Shown piece by piece: positions 52,240-64,000 of a stretch of DNA of 64,000 nt. The stretch is from the NCBI GenBank assembly GCA_973895155.1, contig OZ316897.1, forward strand, positions 9,013,832 through 9,077,831, given 5' to 3'. Position 1 is the stretch's first letter. The number at the start of each line of letters is the position of its first letter. The notes under the pieces are model-generated. The model ran no database searches and was not told the origin of the DNA. It saw only the letters and a list, made by a program, of their open reading frames with translations. A program made the position numbers and the translations under genes. This DNA is from Marsupella aquatica. Its lineage: Eukaryota > Plantae > Marchantiophyta.

Positions 52240-53373
52240 GCTTCGTTCCACAGCACAGCACAGCACAGCTCACAGAGGAGAGAAGAGCAGAGCAGAGCAC
52301 AGTGGTCGTCTTGTTCGAGCAATGCCGAGCAGCAGCAGCATCAGGAGCTCGACCACCATCTCGAGCTCAGCCGCCGCTTAAGTGCCGCCGATGCTCCACC
52401 TCTGGCCCCGATTGGAAGTGCGGGAAACGAGAGAGTGCGCAGCAGCCACGAAAGAGGACGAGGAGGATTTGGTTGTGGATTCGATTCGATTGGATTTGGA
52501 GCGAGTGAGCTAGAGGGGAGATCGATTCTCCATCATTGTGCATGTTGATGGGCGAGGAGGCTATGAAAGACGATCAATGAAACACCCGCCTGCCGCTGTG
52601 GTGCCGCTCTGCCATTTATTTGTGGGTGAGCTCTCTCTCTGCCGTCGGGCGCAGGAGGAGGACGAGGAGCCCAGGAGCTGGAGCGGGAGGATGGCGGAGC
52701 ATTGATTGTTTCTGCTGTGTTCTGATAGCTGGCTGGCACGGAGGAGCCGCAGCGCTTCCAGTGCAGTAGAAACGTAAAAGCGCTGTTCGGGTGTCGTGTG
52801 TTGGCTCGCTGAGGTCGTGAAGTGGTGGTGCAGGCAGGGCTGATTCTGTCTGCTGTTGTTGTTGCCGCATCGCGCTCGTCCGTTGGGACCTCGGGATTGG
52901 TTTTCGTCGTCGTGGGTCGCTTCTGGTGCTCTGCTCATTCGCAGTCACCACTGTGTAGTGGGCAGGCGGGAGGGGGTTGCGCTCGTCGCTCCGTATTCAT
53001 GTCGATAAGAGACGCGTACAGTATTGAGGTTCTTTGTAGGTGAGCCGTTCTTATCTGCTCTACTTCTGGGGGATTCTGGCCGAGTTGCTTGCTCGGTACC
53101 GCAGTACGTGGTGAAGTGAGTTGTGTGGTCGAGTGGTGGTCCAGAAGATTTTGGGAAGCGCCGTTTACGGTTCCTGTGCTTTTTTCACTTGTGGAAGTAC
53201 TTCAGGTGGTAGGAAGCTCCGATCTCGGATGCTGAGCTCTGGTTGTGGTTAGATAGCTTGACTTCGCACTGCGCGGTTTGATCCGGAAGTACGACAGGTT
53301 TCTCTGGATCTGGTTGAGCGAAGTAGTTGATCTACGCTCATTTCGAAGCTGCGCTATTAGCGCGGAGGTCGTC
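52240..53373 (+). promoter_or_regulatory. Probable transcription start region and long 5' UTR of the LPTEWTY gene
   Basis: CpG-rich; (CAGCA)n/(GAGCA)n microsatellites; short uORFs; possible UTR intron (GTGAGC ~53040 to TTCAG ~53205). Confidence 0.5.
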
Positions 53374-56049
53374 ATGGCGTACGAAGTTGCCCGAGTGCAC
53401 GGGCTGATCATGTCAAATATTCATGTAGGGGAGAAGGACCTGGCGGAAACTTGGCCCTTGACGAAAAGCGTAACCCAAATGCAGCCCCGTATGTCGCCAG
53501 ACACTCCACTTCAGTATGACTTATCGTCGGACACGAACCAGTGGTCAGAATCATCTCACAGCTCCTCTCTGGAATCGTCAACCGAGACTGAGACGGAGAG
53601 TGACGACGACGACGACTTCATAGCTGGCTTAGCAGAGCAAATAGCTCATTCCATGCTTGATGATGACGATAATAGTAATGCTACCAGTGCAGAGGATAAC
53701 TACCCCTTGAACGCTTCAGCCGATGTGCCACTCTCGTATGGCAGAACGAATGTAGCTCCCCAGGTGTGTACTTCCTTCATCTTCCACCTTCCTTCCTTCC
53801 CCTTTAAATGTCCATTGCTGGCATAGCTTTTTGTTCACGTCTGCAATCCTGCCTCTATCGATCGGCCGTTACGTAAGTCTACATGTCGAGGGGATTCCTT
53901 TTTCAACTTCTTGTTCCTGTTCAGCCACAGAAGTTTGATTTGGAGTTTGGCTCCTACTTTGTCAGCTTTGATCATCTTCCCTCACCCTGGTGTATCGGGT
54001 GTGATTGTTACGAAGTGACATTGACAGGTGGAAATAGCTTCACTGTAGATGTCTTCATGATCATCGTTGTCTTCTGTACCGTTAGAGAGATGTTCTCGTG
54101 GTAAAACTTAAAGTCCGGGTCCTCAAGAAAGGTTTCTGTACTGCGTCTGTGCAACTTGTTCGGCACTCAGGCCGACTCGAACTTGACTTCCTTTGGTATA
54201 TCGGGTTGTAGCGAAATCGTGGTTTGGTTACCAAGATCTCTTCTGTACGTCGTAAATAATCACACGCATCGAACAGTTTTATTCTGGGGATGACGACTTC
54301 GGTTGTCTCGCAGATGATGGTCTTTCTGGTAGTACTGTTGCATATATTGTTTTTTGCCGGTCCTCTCTGGATAACAACTCGAATGCTGTTTTCTAACCAC
54401 CTTTTTGAACGTGAAGCAGGTGGTATCTCCTCAATCGAGCTGGTCTCAAACCAGCTTATCCGCAAGCTGGTCTGACTCGATTCCAAGCTCGAAACATTCT
54501 TCCCGAGTTTCTTCTCCACCATCAACTCCATTTAATTCCGAGGACGACGCCTGGGATCTGCTCAATGCCGCTGCTGGAGAAGTCGGCAGATTAAAACTGA
54601 ACGATGATAGGAAACCCGTTCAAAAGCAGGTGAGAGACCCCGTCGCCGTTGTACCGGAAGTGGTGAAGCAATGTAGTCGCGCTCCTCAGCAACCCACCGC
54701 CTGGAGGACCTTACCCCACCTGGTTCAGCTATCTACACCTTCAAACTATAACGTTGGCTCTCGGCCTAGCGGACCTGCCCCAGGCCCGAAAGATCGTATG
54801 GCCACTAGCGTCGCTCACTCGACTGTCCAGAAGAGCGGGAGTCGTCCTAGAGAAGAGGAACGAAAGGCTCCCAACAATGGCCTTGTGAGTATATATGTCC
54901 TTCGTCTCTAAGAGTGCTTGCGTTTTGCCTCTCTTGATCATGGGCTCAAGATTTGTTCTATTCTCCGCATTTCATCTTGATAATGTCCACTGAGCTGACG
55001 GCATTTCTCCCATTTGTTGTCAGGCTCAGCACAGGCTCCAGAGAAATGAAGGGGTGAGTTGGAATCAGCGAAGGCAACCCAACCCTTACAAGGGTGGCAT
55101 AAACCAGAAAGGTGGCAGACAAAATTATAGCTATGCTCACCGCACGTCCGGGAAGCCTGTTGATCATATGGTTGTACCGCAACGGCCTGGAGGACAGGCC
55201 GTGAATGGTGGTTCTGGCATGCGGGCGGTGTTCTTAGGTTCTGCCGGCTCGGGTCGGGAGTCTGGAGGCACGGGAGTGTTTCTTCCTCGGTGCGTTGGTG
55301 GTGGTGGTTCCGAACAGCGACGAAAGCCTTGTATGTCTCATTCTCGAGAGCTCCGTTTCGAGTTTGTAGTGTGGTTGCGGTTTCTGTGCAAGCTCGTCTC
55401 CCTTTCCTCAGTAGTTTCGATGTTGGATCTTGATGTTACTAGGGTTTCTTTTGAAAATGTGGTCATTTTAATGCTGTTAAAGCGATCCACATTCGGTAAA
55501 ATTTCCGAAGCTTGGTTTTTTATCTTACTGAAAGTGTTTGTATGGACTGCAGCTTGTTCAACTGTGCTCCTCCCGTCAAGGATAGTCCAAGTCCTGAACC
55601 TGAATGTTGAGGATATGCGCACCCACCCCGCCCCCCTTCCCGTTCCCTCATCATACGGTCGAAATGGTGAGTGATGGTCTTCGACGGTGTCCGACATCTG
55701 CTCCTCGGAAACCTCAAAACTTAGATCTGAGATGATTCATTGTGATACTGCATATTTTACGTTTTTTTTCCTCCCGCAGGCATTCTCTAGAGTGCTGCAA
55801 TCTCTGTCTTGCGGACTCGGTGGGATGTTTTGAGTTCCTCTTTGTGCGAATGCTTACCAATGCTCCTTGTTTTCAGATTATTCGGGGACACTGCGGAATC
55901 CGCCGCCCATGTACATGATGGAATTATCTGCTGGCGCTATGAAGTATGAAGGAGGAAATACTCCCTCAAACCCAAGAAAATTGCAGGGCCATAACACCGC
56001 GCAAGGTGAACCTGTTGAGTTTAGTTTGCCGACGGAGTGGACGTATTGA
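53374..56049 (+). CDS. Plant-specific uncharacterised protein (often annotated TIP41-like; At3g54000/At5g59050-type), ~482 aa, 5 exons
   Basis: Exons 53374-53763, 54420-54884, 55024-55330, 55553-55666, 55877-56049 with consistent phases; motifs ETESDDDDDFIAGLAEQIAHSML, DAWDLLNAAAGEV, GSGMRAVFL..GTGVFLPR, CSTVLLPSRIVQVLNLN, C-terminal LPTEWTY. Start codon choice is inferred. Confidence 0.9.
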
Positions 56050-57184
56050 CGTCCTTGATAGTCTAGGAAACCCAAACTCAATTTTGAGGCGTTGAAGACT
56101 TGCGTTTATTCAAGGCCCTCGTCGTCTACGATTTCATTATGGATTGGTGTATGTTGTAATACCCCCATTGCGAAGGCAGTGTTCATCAGCCAGAAATAAG
56201 AGTTCTTAAGAACTTCGAGTGGGTGAAATTTCCCACGGCATGGTCGTTTTGATCAACGACGATTCTGACACGCGACGGCTGTACAGTAATTACGGTTCGA
56301 AACTGAAAGATGTAGGCTCTACTAGATAGACGAGTCTCTCTGTACATTACACCGGTTTGTGGTATGTTACTCAGGATTGCCCATTTCTTCCTTAGAGGTG
56401 GGACTTAGGGTAGCTCACAAATAATTGTCCCAAGGATCCCTGCCGGGTTTGGGGAGCAATAACTGTCGACGTATTTTGAGTAGCCAAGAAGTCAGGACCC
56501 TGAGAGGTCCAGCTGTTTCGGAGACTGGAGGATGGCTACTAGATTCCCGGAGATGCTGTTCCGCTCAGTTCAATAATGTGTATGCATCCCAGGACAGAGT
56601 TTTTGCTTCGACTCTTGTCCTCGACCTTGTTATAATCAATAAGAATAGGCTTTTGCCCTTACCCGTCGTGATTGCATGATATCTCAATCCTTGTGATGCG
56701 ATGATTATGATTTGTGGGCACGATGCGACATTCGTTCCTACCTGTCCCTTCACTTTCTTATCTGTCCTCAACATATAGACATGACCCTTCCATTTATGCT
56801 GGTCGCTAGAAGTTGCAATCACGTTCTGTCCGTAGATAGTTTCGTCAGGCTGGAAACCTTTTGCTCGGGACATGGGATGGTGTGCGAGATGCAGTACTTC
56901 GGATGTGCGCCGTCAGCCTAATTTCTTGCAATTTAATTAGGTTTTGGGGGTTCGAGAAAGGCTGCTAACTTCCACGTGTTATCGTAATGAAGGCCTCCTT
57001 GCTTCAGTGGAAGATTCAGGGCATTCTTTGAAAGACAACATCGATGTCCAGAATTGATTCTGACAGCCCTGTAGCTATAACCGAGCAAGCAGGACGGGTG
57101 ATAGCTCCGCTGTTTTGCCGTTTGCCAGTGTGCCTCAACAGCCTTCGCGTTTTGTCTTTTGAGTCGTACTATTTGTCAGTGTTG

Positions 57185-57460
57185 GCTCTGAGTCTCACAT
57201 GGATGGGGAGGTTTCAAAACGATGGGTTTGTCTACTTTGTCGTGCTCTCCAAGTTTCACAAGGATGGTCTGTCGCCTGTTCTAAAACGATGGGTTGGTCT
57301 GTTAGTCGTCCTACTTGTCAGTGTCGCTGCAAGTTTCACATGGATGATCTGTCGCTTGTTTCATTACCATGGGTTTGTCTGTTCAGTCGTCCTACTTGTG
57401 AGTGTTGCGAGTTTCACATGGATTGCCTGTCGCTTGTGTCAAAACGATGGGTTTGAAGGT
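57185..57460. repeat. Degenerate ~60-80-bp tandem array
   Basis: AGTTTCACATGGAT..TGTCGCTTG..AAAACGATGGGTTTG repeated about 4 times. Confidence 0.8.
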
Positions 57461-57974
57461 GGTTTTCTTGGTCATAGAGATTGCAGAAGATTGCGAATGT
57501 AACGTAGGAAGATGCCTGCAGATGCCCTGGATCAAGTTGTGTATGTATGAATTTATTGCCCGAACAACTGTCCTCCAGGCGAAATTCCTCTGCGGATGAT
57601 TGTAAAGAAGCGAGGGTGGACAAGCCGTTGAATTCTCAGCTGACCACGCGTCCTCCATAAGCCGTCTGGGCAGTGACCTCCGTTCTCCGTCCTTGATAAG
57701 AATGCCCAGATTCGAAGTGCTGGGCAGAGGCCTGTTTCACTCAACCTCGTGGCATCTCCATGGCACTTTTGACTCGTTCCAACTGCTTGACCCGTCTGTG
57801 CCTGGTCGTCTAGATATTATTTTGCATGACATGGCAGCTCGTAGCTCAATTCTTCCAAGAAGTTGACGAAGCAAAGCACGGATAGATCACAGTTTGGTAC
57901 GATTTTTGTCTTTCTCATGTCACAGATGCGTCGTACTAGGTTTTTTTCTTCTTGTCTTGAAGATTACGCGAATC

Positions 57975-58555
57975 TTTTTGGAGCCCCAAACCTGGAAAAG
58001 ATCGAATTCTTTGCTGGGTCAAAGTGCGAGTCGTCTGAAAGTTTCCATTGAAAAAAATACTCGTACTAAACTTCAATAGGAGCACCAAATCTGTACAAAA
58101 TCAAATTCTTCGCTGGGTCAAAGAGTGAGTCATCTGAAAGTTTCCATTGAATGCTCGTACTGAATCAACTCCTTTCGAAGCACCAAATCTGCAAAGAGAT
58201 CGAGTTCTTCGTTGGGTCAAAGTGTGAGTCGTCTGAAAGTTTCCAACGAAATGCTTGTACTGACTTCACGCCTTTCGAAGCACCAAATCTGCAACGAGAT
58301 CGAGTTCTTCCCTAGGTCAAAGTGTGAGTCGTCTGAAAGTTTCTAACGAAATGCTCGTACAAAAACTCTCCGTGAAACGTGAAGTCTGCAACGATGGAAT
58401 TCCTTCTCTCGGTCAAAGTGAGTCTTCTGGTAGTTGGGTCGTTGAATTGCTCGTACAAATTTTTTCCTCTTCGAAGCGTGAAGTAAAGCAAATATCCAAT
58501 TTTCTGTCGTTAAAGTGAGCCTTCAGAATTCAAAGTGAGTCGTTTGAAAGTCTTT
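57975..58555. repeat. ~98-bp tandem array, 4 good and 2 decayed units
   Basis: GCACCAAATCTG..GATCGAGTTCTT..GGTCAAAGTGTGAGTCGTCTGAAAGTTTCCA repeated. Confidence 0.9.
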
Positions 58556-58851
58556 GCTGGAATGCAACTCCTATTAAACCAGAATCTCCTATAAAAACTC
58601 CATAAGAAGATGTTCAATCGTTGCCAATGCCTCGCTTTTCCTATCACTACTTTAATGAGCTGATATGGTTACTCTGTTTTGGTACTTTAAATAGTGTGCT
58701 TCATGTAGAAGAGCTACCCCAAACATCTCATTTTACACAATCATTTGTTCGCTGCAGGACGGGCAAGAGTATTACTATGAGGGCCACCTTTTAAAATAAG
58801 CTCCATGTTTTTTGGTGAGCCTGCAAGCATGAATGAACAGTAGCCAGGCAG

Positions 58852-59157
58852 AGAAGGGGCCTTTTTAAAGGTGTGGTTTATTAAGTTAAAGAAGAAGGGG
58901 GCCCTTTTATATAGGTGTGGTTCAAGTTAAAGAAGAACGAGCCTGAATGCCCATTGGTTGAATCTGAATAGTCATGATGACAAAAATCATCATGCATGTT
59001 CATTATTTTGAAATACACAACATCTTGTCATTCTTTCCATGGAAATAACTTTGTGGGGCCCAATAGACATCATGACAAAAATCATAGCACATGCTAGTTT
59101 TTTTGACATACATAACATCTTGTCAGTTTTTCCATGGACATAACTTTGGTGGGGCCC
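58852..59157. repeat. Two adjacent short direct duplications (~45 bp x2; ~95 bp x2)
   Basis: GAAGGGGCC..AGGTGTGGTT..AAGTTAAAGAAGAA twice; ATGACAAAAATCAT..AACATCTTGTCA..ATAACTTTG..GGGGCC twice. Confidence 0.8.
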
Positions 59158-59877
59158 TAGGGGTTACAGTCTAGAGGCTTCACTCTAGAAGCCTAGACAC
59201 TAAATCTAGGTTCTGTTCCCGATTGATTAGTAAGATGGAGTGAGATGAAAGGTCACGACTGTGGTTAAACCCTAAAATGAGGAAAAGTAATTTCTGTCAA
59301 AACACAGATTGGTTCATAAAACTCAGGTTGAGATCATGGGTAGTGCTGTCAACTCAAAGTTGTATCATTTTGGTTGTCTTATTCTACTCCAGCAGATTTG
59401 CTTGTGACTTAGAACGAAGCACATCCGGAAGCCCTTCTTGTAGTTTCACCATCTATTCAAATCCAGGGTAGTTCAACAAAGAGACCACTCTCAAGTCACC
59501 CTTGATTCATGCCTAAATAACAGTCGAGCCCCAGTGTGGCCACACTAAGTCCAACTCTAATTGCAATCTGATTTTTCAATTGCACTCAAGTCCTCACTCA
59601 GGTCATCACACTTTGTTGGGCATCATGTATCTTTATTGCATCCATCTCCTCACCTAGTTGCTATTGCACCCACCTCCCGCCAACAGAGAAACCTACCAGA
59701 ACAAAACACATATCCTTCAAATGTTGTGGAGAAAGACGGTGACCAGCCAATGGTCTGCCCAACTCATATGTCCATATAAGATGGACCATTATTTCCATCC
59801 TGCCAAGTCAAGTTACGAGGTACGTGACCACAAATCGTTTAGTCACAAGAGGCTAACTAAGTTATGCACCTGTGGGG

Positions 59878-60365
59878 TATATTCTCTGATGTGCCATCAC
59901 TTTTACTACCATATTCCCAAATATTGTTCAGATAGTTTGAGATCTCAGTACTCAACCTCACTTTATTCAGTCAATCAACAATCCAAGCCTCCCCGCATAG
60001 ATTCTGTGATGTGCCATTATCTTGTATGCACGTATTATTCAGACTATTTGAGGTTTCAATGCTTGACCTCACTTTGTTCAGTCAATCAGAAATCTAAGGC
60101 TTCCCCACCCTTTTTCATATATTCTCTGATATGCCATTATCTTTTACTACCATACCACCGCATAGTGTTTAGAGATTTTGAGATCCCACTTCTTGACCTT
60201 AATTTATTCAGTCAATCAACCATCTAAGGCTCTCTCCCCCCCCCCCCCCCCCCCCATATATCCTCTGATGTGCTATTGTCTTTACTACCATACTCATATA
60301 TTGTTTAGAGCCTTTGAGGTCTCACTACTTGACCTCACTTTACTCAGTCAATGAACAATCTAAAT
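59878..60365. repeat. ~120-140-bp tandem array x4 with a poly(C) run
   Basis: TATTCTCTGATGTGCCAT..TTGACCTCACTTTATTCAGTCAATCAACAATC units; C20 at 60236-60255. Confidence 0.9.
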
Positions 60366-61649
60366 TAAAGCTCTTTTTTTGTTGGCTCCCATTTGCTTCC
60401 TCTGCAGCAGTGGCCCTTATTACTGACAAAGAAGATTTTGTGTATGTTAACCTTGTGATCCATTTCTCTAAGGACCTCTTACAATAAAAACAATGTTTGT
60501 TAGAACCATCCACTCCTAATGAAAGACCCTTTCAACATTGCTGGAATCTCTGGGATACAGGAGAGCAATTTTTGTGCACCAGAACCTTTTGGCTACAGAG
60601 CCAATTATTGCTAGTGAAAGACCTTCTCCAATATTACTGGAATTTCTGTGCTGCTGGAGAGCCAACCTGCAGAAATGTCAACAGTTAGAACCCCTTGGGC
60701 TCAATGCTGTAAAACACAATAACCAATCTTTCAAGCTCTTACATTGGAGTCATACTGAACCATCAAATAATACAAGACTGCACAGAGTAAATGCACCCCA
60801 ATGAATAAAAATACCAGGAGTAGAAAACCCAAGGGAGGACAAACTACAAATCCTTGTCTTTCCTTCTTAGAGAATCAAAGTAGTTGCTTTTGGAAAGAAA
60901 ACAACTATACTTCACTCCTGAGTAACCCATAGGTGAATGGATTTTTTTTTGCAGTTTTGGTTGATAATTTGCTATTTCAAAGCAAAAGAGAGAAACATTC
61001 CAATGAAACAATAGTTTAACTAACCCAATGCTAGTGAGATGCGGAGTATTATTGATAATAAGTGAGACAGTCAGGCAGTCAGACATTGAGTGTAAACCGA
61101 GTCAACCTCAAAACTACATTCAAACAGAGTGTTATTTGCAAGGAAAGTGATGGGTTGGACACGGGACAGGCCCATCTAATGGTTAGGAAATTTCTCCATA
61201 CTCCAACAGTTAATTAGGGAAGCTCCCCATCAGAATACTATGGCTACTATAGATAAAGTGTGAGATTCACCGCAATAACATACATTGCCATCTCTTTTCA
61301 CCACTGGTTAAGAAAGTAACTCTAGCTAGTTTGTAATGATCCAATAGTCAACAGGGTGGTCAACATCGTGCCAATTTCTACCCAACCAAAAAAGTAAGAG
61401 ACCCAACCCAATGTCTACAGTTGGAAAGCATGTTATGGTTAGGGTAGTGGGATCACCATCTGATAGTGAAACCTGGTGGGACATTAACTGTCAGCTAGAT
61501 TTATTGTGCTCAACGAATGTTGGAATTTTTTTACAAGTATCTATTTCAGTAACTAAGAATGGTGATGTAGTAATTAAATGATCTAATAACATCAAACCTA
61601 TCACTTGTGCGTCCCTTGGTGCCTCGTTTGTGCATGGTTGGACAACAAT

Positions 61650-61972
61650 TAGGGGGTCTCAAATATCCCGCGTGGACCTGCATAAGGGGGCCCTGCATTA
61701 CAGGAGTTACGGGCAAAAACTGTGCAGAAGTCTGGGAGGCAGGTGTGCACAATGGGGGTCGCGGCATTAGACCGTTGGCCGTGGCAGGGTCACTTCCCGA
61801 TACTTTTGTGCATGCAGGCTTACACAGCGTCCCATCAGGTAGGCACCACGGGGCCTTAAAATTATTGTCCTTATCAAAGTTGGATGCCTGCTTCATGGGC
61901 CCACTTCTGCACTTTCAGACATCCATCTCAGCCCGCTTTGTATCGCCCGCGGGAGATATTTGAGACCCCCTA
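61650..61972. mobile_element. MITE, 323 bp, same TIR family as 28905-29051
   Basis: Perfect 18-bp terminal inverted repeat TAGGGGGTCTCAAATATC / GATATTTGAGACCCCCTA. Confidence 0.85.
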
Positions 61973-62614
61973 TTGAACCAATTTGTAAATTTTCTTAAAC
62001 CACAGATGCCCATAGAGCCCCCTCCCTGCCCAACTACTGTTCATTTATGCCAAGGTGAATAGTGCACCTGACCATAAAAGGTGGAGCTGACCAATTGTGC
62101 TCTCCACTCATAGTGCAACTGAATGTGTGCTCTGTATATTAACGAGACCCATAACTCTTATATGTGCAGCTGTGGTTTAACAAGACATGACAAAAGGAGC
62201 ATGAAACTAAATGTTTGCATGGAAATGTTGTGGCAACCAAATCAATATTAAAAGTTTTTCAAATCAAGCACTACTACATACAAAGTCATGAGTTTATGGA
62301 TAAGTTTAGTTGTAAAAATATTAAGTTTAGGGCACCCATGCGCATGCAACAGGGGATTGCATTACTTGATAAGTGCAAACCCCCTAAAATTTGCACTTAT
62401 CCAGAAGTGGCCCTCCATCAGTGAAGAGTCTCCTTGCTCATAACACAATTTCTACATCCCTGCCCTAAATTCATTGTCCAACTCCATAAGTACATTTTGT
62501 ACTCTACTAAGGAAGGGCATGCACTTATCAGTAAATGCAATCTGATGGGATTGTTGTGCTCAGTGACAACCGCATACCCTTTCTTGGTAACGTACAAGTT
62601 GCACTTATCATTTT

Positions 62615-63392
62615 GCTAAATGATTCCAAGCCCGTTTCCACTTAGAAAAGGTGCAAACAAATGCCGGCTCCATGTTAAAAAAAAAGAAAAGGGAAGAACA
62701 CAATGTCTTGCACTCAACACGTTTTGCACATATGCAGTTTTCACTTATAGAGAGCATCCTGTACCGTATCTCCATTTCCATATTGTAGTACCGTATAATA
62801 GGACTGGACTGGGCAGATCTTCCTATGCTCTCTGATCATTTAGCTAAATGATTCCAAAGCCCAGTTCCACTTAGAAAAGGTGCAAACAAATGCCTGCTCT
62901 GTGTTAACAAAAATAAAAGGGAAGAACACTATGCCTTGCACTCAACCTGTTTTGCACTCAACCTGTTTTGCACATATACATTTTGCAGTTAGAGAGAACG
63001 TCCTGCACCATATCTCCATTTCCGTATTGTAGTACTGTATAATCAGACTGATCTTTCTCTGCTCTCTGATCATTTAGCTAAATGATTCTTTTTTTCCTTT
63101 TTCCTGAAAGGAGTACTGGCTTTGGAATCATTTAGCTTACTGTTTTTATTGGGTTTTACTTCCCATGAAAGCCAAATGATTCCAAAGCCCGTTTACACTT
63201 AGAAAAGGCGCAAACAAATGCACCCTCTGTATTAAAAAAAACAAAAGGGAAGAACACAATGCCTTGCACTTAACCCGTTTTGCACATATGCAGTTTGCAC
63301 TTAGAGAGAGAGAGTCTTGTACCGTATCGCATTTCCGTATTGTAGTACCGTATACTCGGACTGGACTGGACAGATCTTTCTCTGCTCTCTGG
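62615..63392. repeat. ~230-bp tandem array x3
   Basis: AAATGATTCCAA..CACTTAGAAAAGGYGCAAACAAATGC..GGGAAGAACAC..GATCTTYCTMTGCTCTCTG at ~62618, ~62846 and ~63175. Confidence 0.92.
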
Positions 63393-63429
63393 TTCGCTGC
63401 TTTTGCTTCTCGTTGCAACCGTCTTTAAT

Positions 63430-64000
63430 TTTTCCTCTGTTCTTCTCTTCTCCTCTGTTCTTCTCCTCTCCTCTCTGTTCTTCGCCATCTCCTCTGTTTG
63501 CAAAATTGGGGCTGGTCCTCCGCTGTCATCAACTCATCGTAATTGGCATTGTGGGCTGCCTCGGACTTGCCCCGAATTTCTCTCTCCACGTCGAATTCCG
63601 CACCAAACCCCCACCAATTTCCCATCTCGCCGCTCTCAGCGAGCCCTCCATCTTTCTCGTACTGTCTGCTCTCTGGCTCTGATGACTCGCTTTCTCTCGC
63701 GCCCTCTCTCGGATTACCTCGAATTCCGCCTTCACACCGACCAAATCTTTCTGTCGTCACCTTTCCTTCGGCAGCAGCTCTCATTCTGTTGAGGCGCGGT
63801 GAAAAGTGGTTGTCGAACGAAAAAAGCGTCTTGGGTGTCTTTCTCGTTCCGTAGTCTGTTCAAGTTCGATCGTTTGTTCCTCGGAGTTCGTATCCGCATG
63901 TCTGTGCGGTGACTTGTGTGTGTTAGCGTTTTCTGCGGTGCTGCCATCATCGTCGTGTAGGGTAGTGAGTGAGATTGGGCTGGGAGAGCTTGTGATTCAA
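63430..64000 (+). promoter_or_regulatory. Probable promoter/5' UTR of a gene beyond the window
   Basis: CT-rich pyrimidine tracts and CpG-rich sequence, similar in texture to the region upstream of 53374; no coding exon visible. Confidence 0.45.

Noticed and set aside
51795-52951. Several 110-175-aa ORFs on both strands
   Set aside because: GC-rich, low-complexity promoter/UTR sequence with few stops; no coherent splice model.
57044-57502. 152-aa hydrophobic ORF resembling a membrane protein
   Set aside because: Hydrophobic segments derive from a T-rich tandem repeat; no family motif recognised.
59658-60227. 189-aa ORF
   Set aside because: Runs through the ~120-bp tandem array; no ATG start or domain features.
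63317-63950. Overlapping 70-130-aa ORFs
   Set aside because: Arise from CT-rich low-complexity sequence typical of 5' UTRs.

Overview
Eukaryotic land-plant genomic DNA. An intact axonemal dynein gene points to a flagellate-sperm lineage, most plausibly a bryophyte/liverwort (inference). Three spliced protein genes were reconstructed by hand: (1) a 42-exon, ~1386-aa fusion on + (8831-24639) of two 3-hydroxyisobutyrate/6PGD-type dehydrogenase modules, a DUF1537 four-carbon acid-sugar kinase and a class II aldolase (At1g18270-type); (2) an 8-exon, 245-aa inner-arm dynein p28 subunit (DNALI1/IDA4) on - (35233-31132), nearly invisible in the ORF track, lying in CpG-poor repeat-rich DNA and needing two GC splice donors; (3) a 5-exon, ~482-aa plant-specific protein ending in LPTEWTY on + (53374-56049). 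Mobile DNA includes a gag-less Ty1/copia element with a CATTT target-site duplication (1185-5189) nested in a Helitron-like element, a second Helitron-like copy (40068-~41282), two MITEs sharing a TAGGG(C/G)GTCTCAAA terminal repeat, and LINE-like debris. Many local tandem arrays occur, several directly upstream of putative transcription starts. No prokaryotic systems, CRISPR arrays, rRNA or intact tRNA genes were seen.
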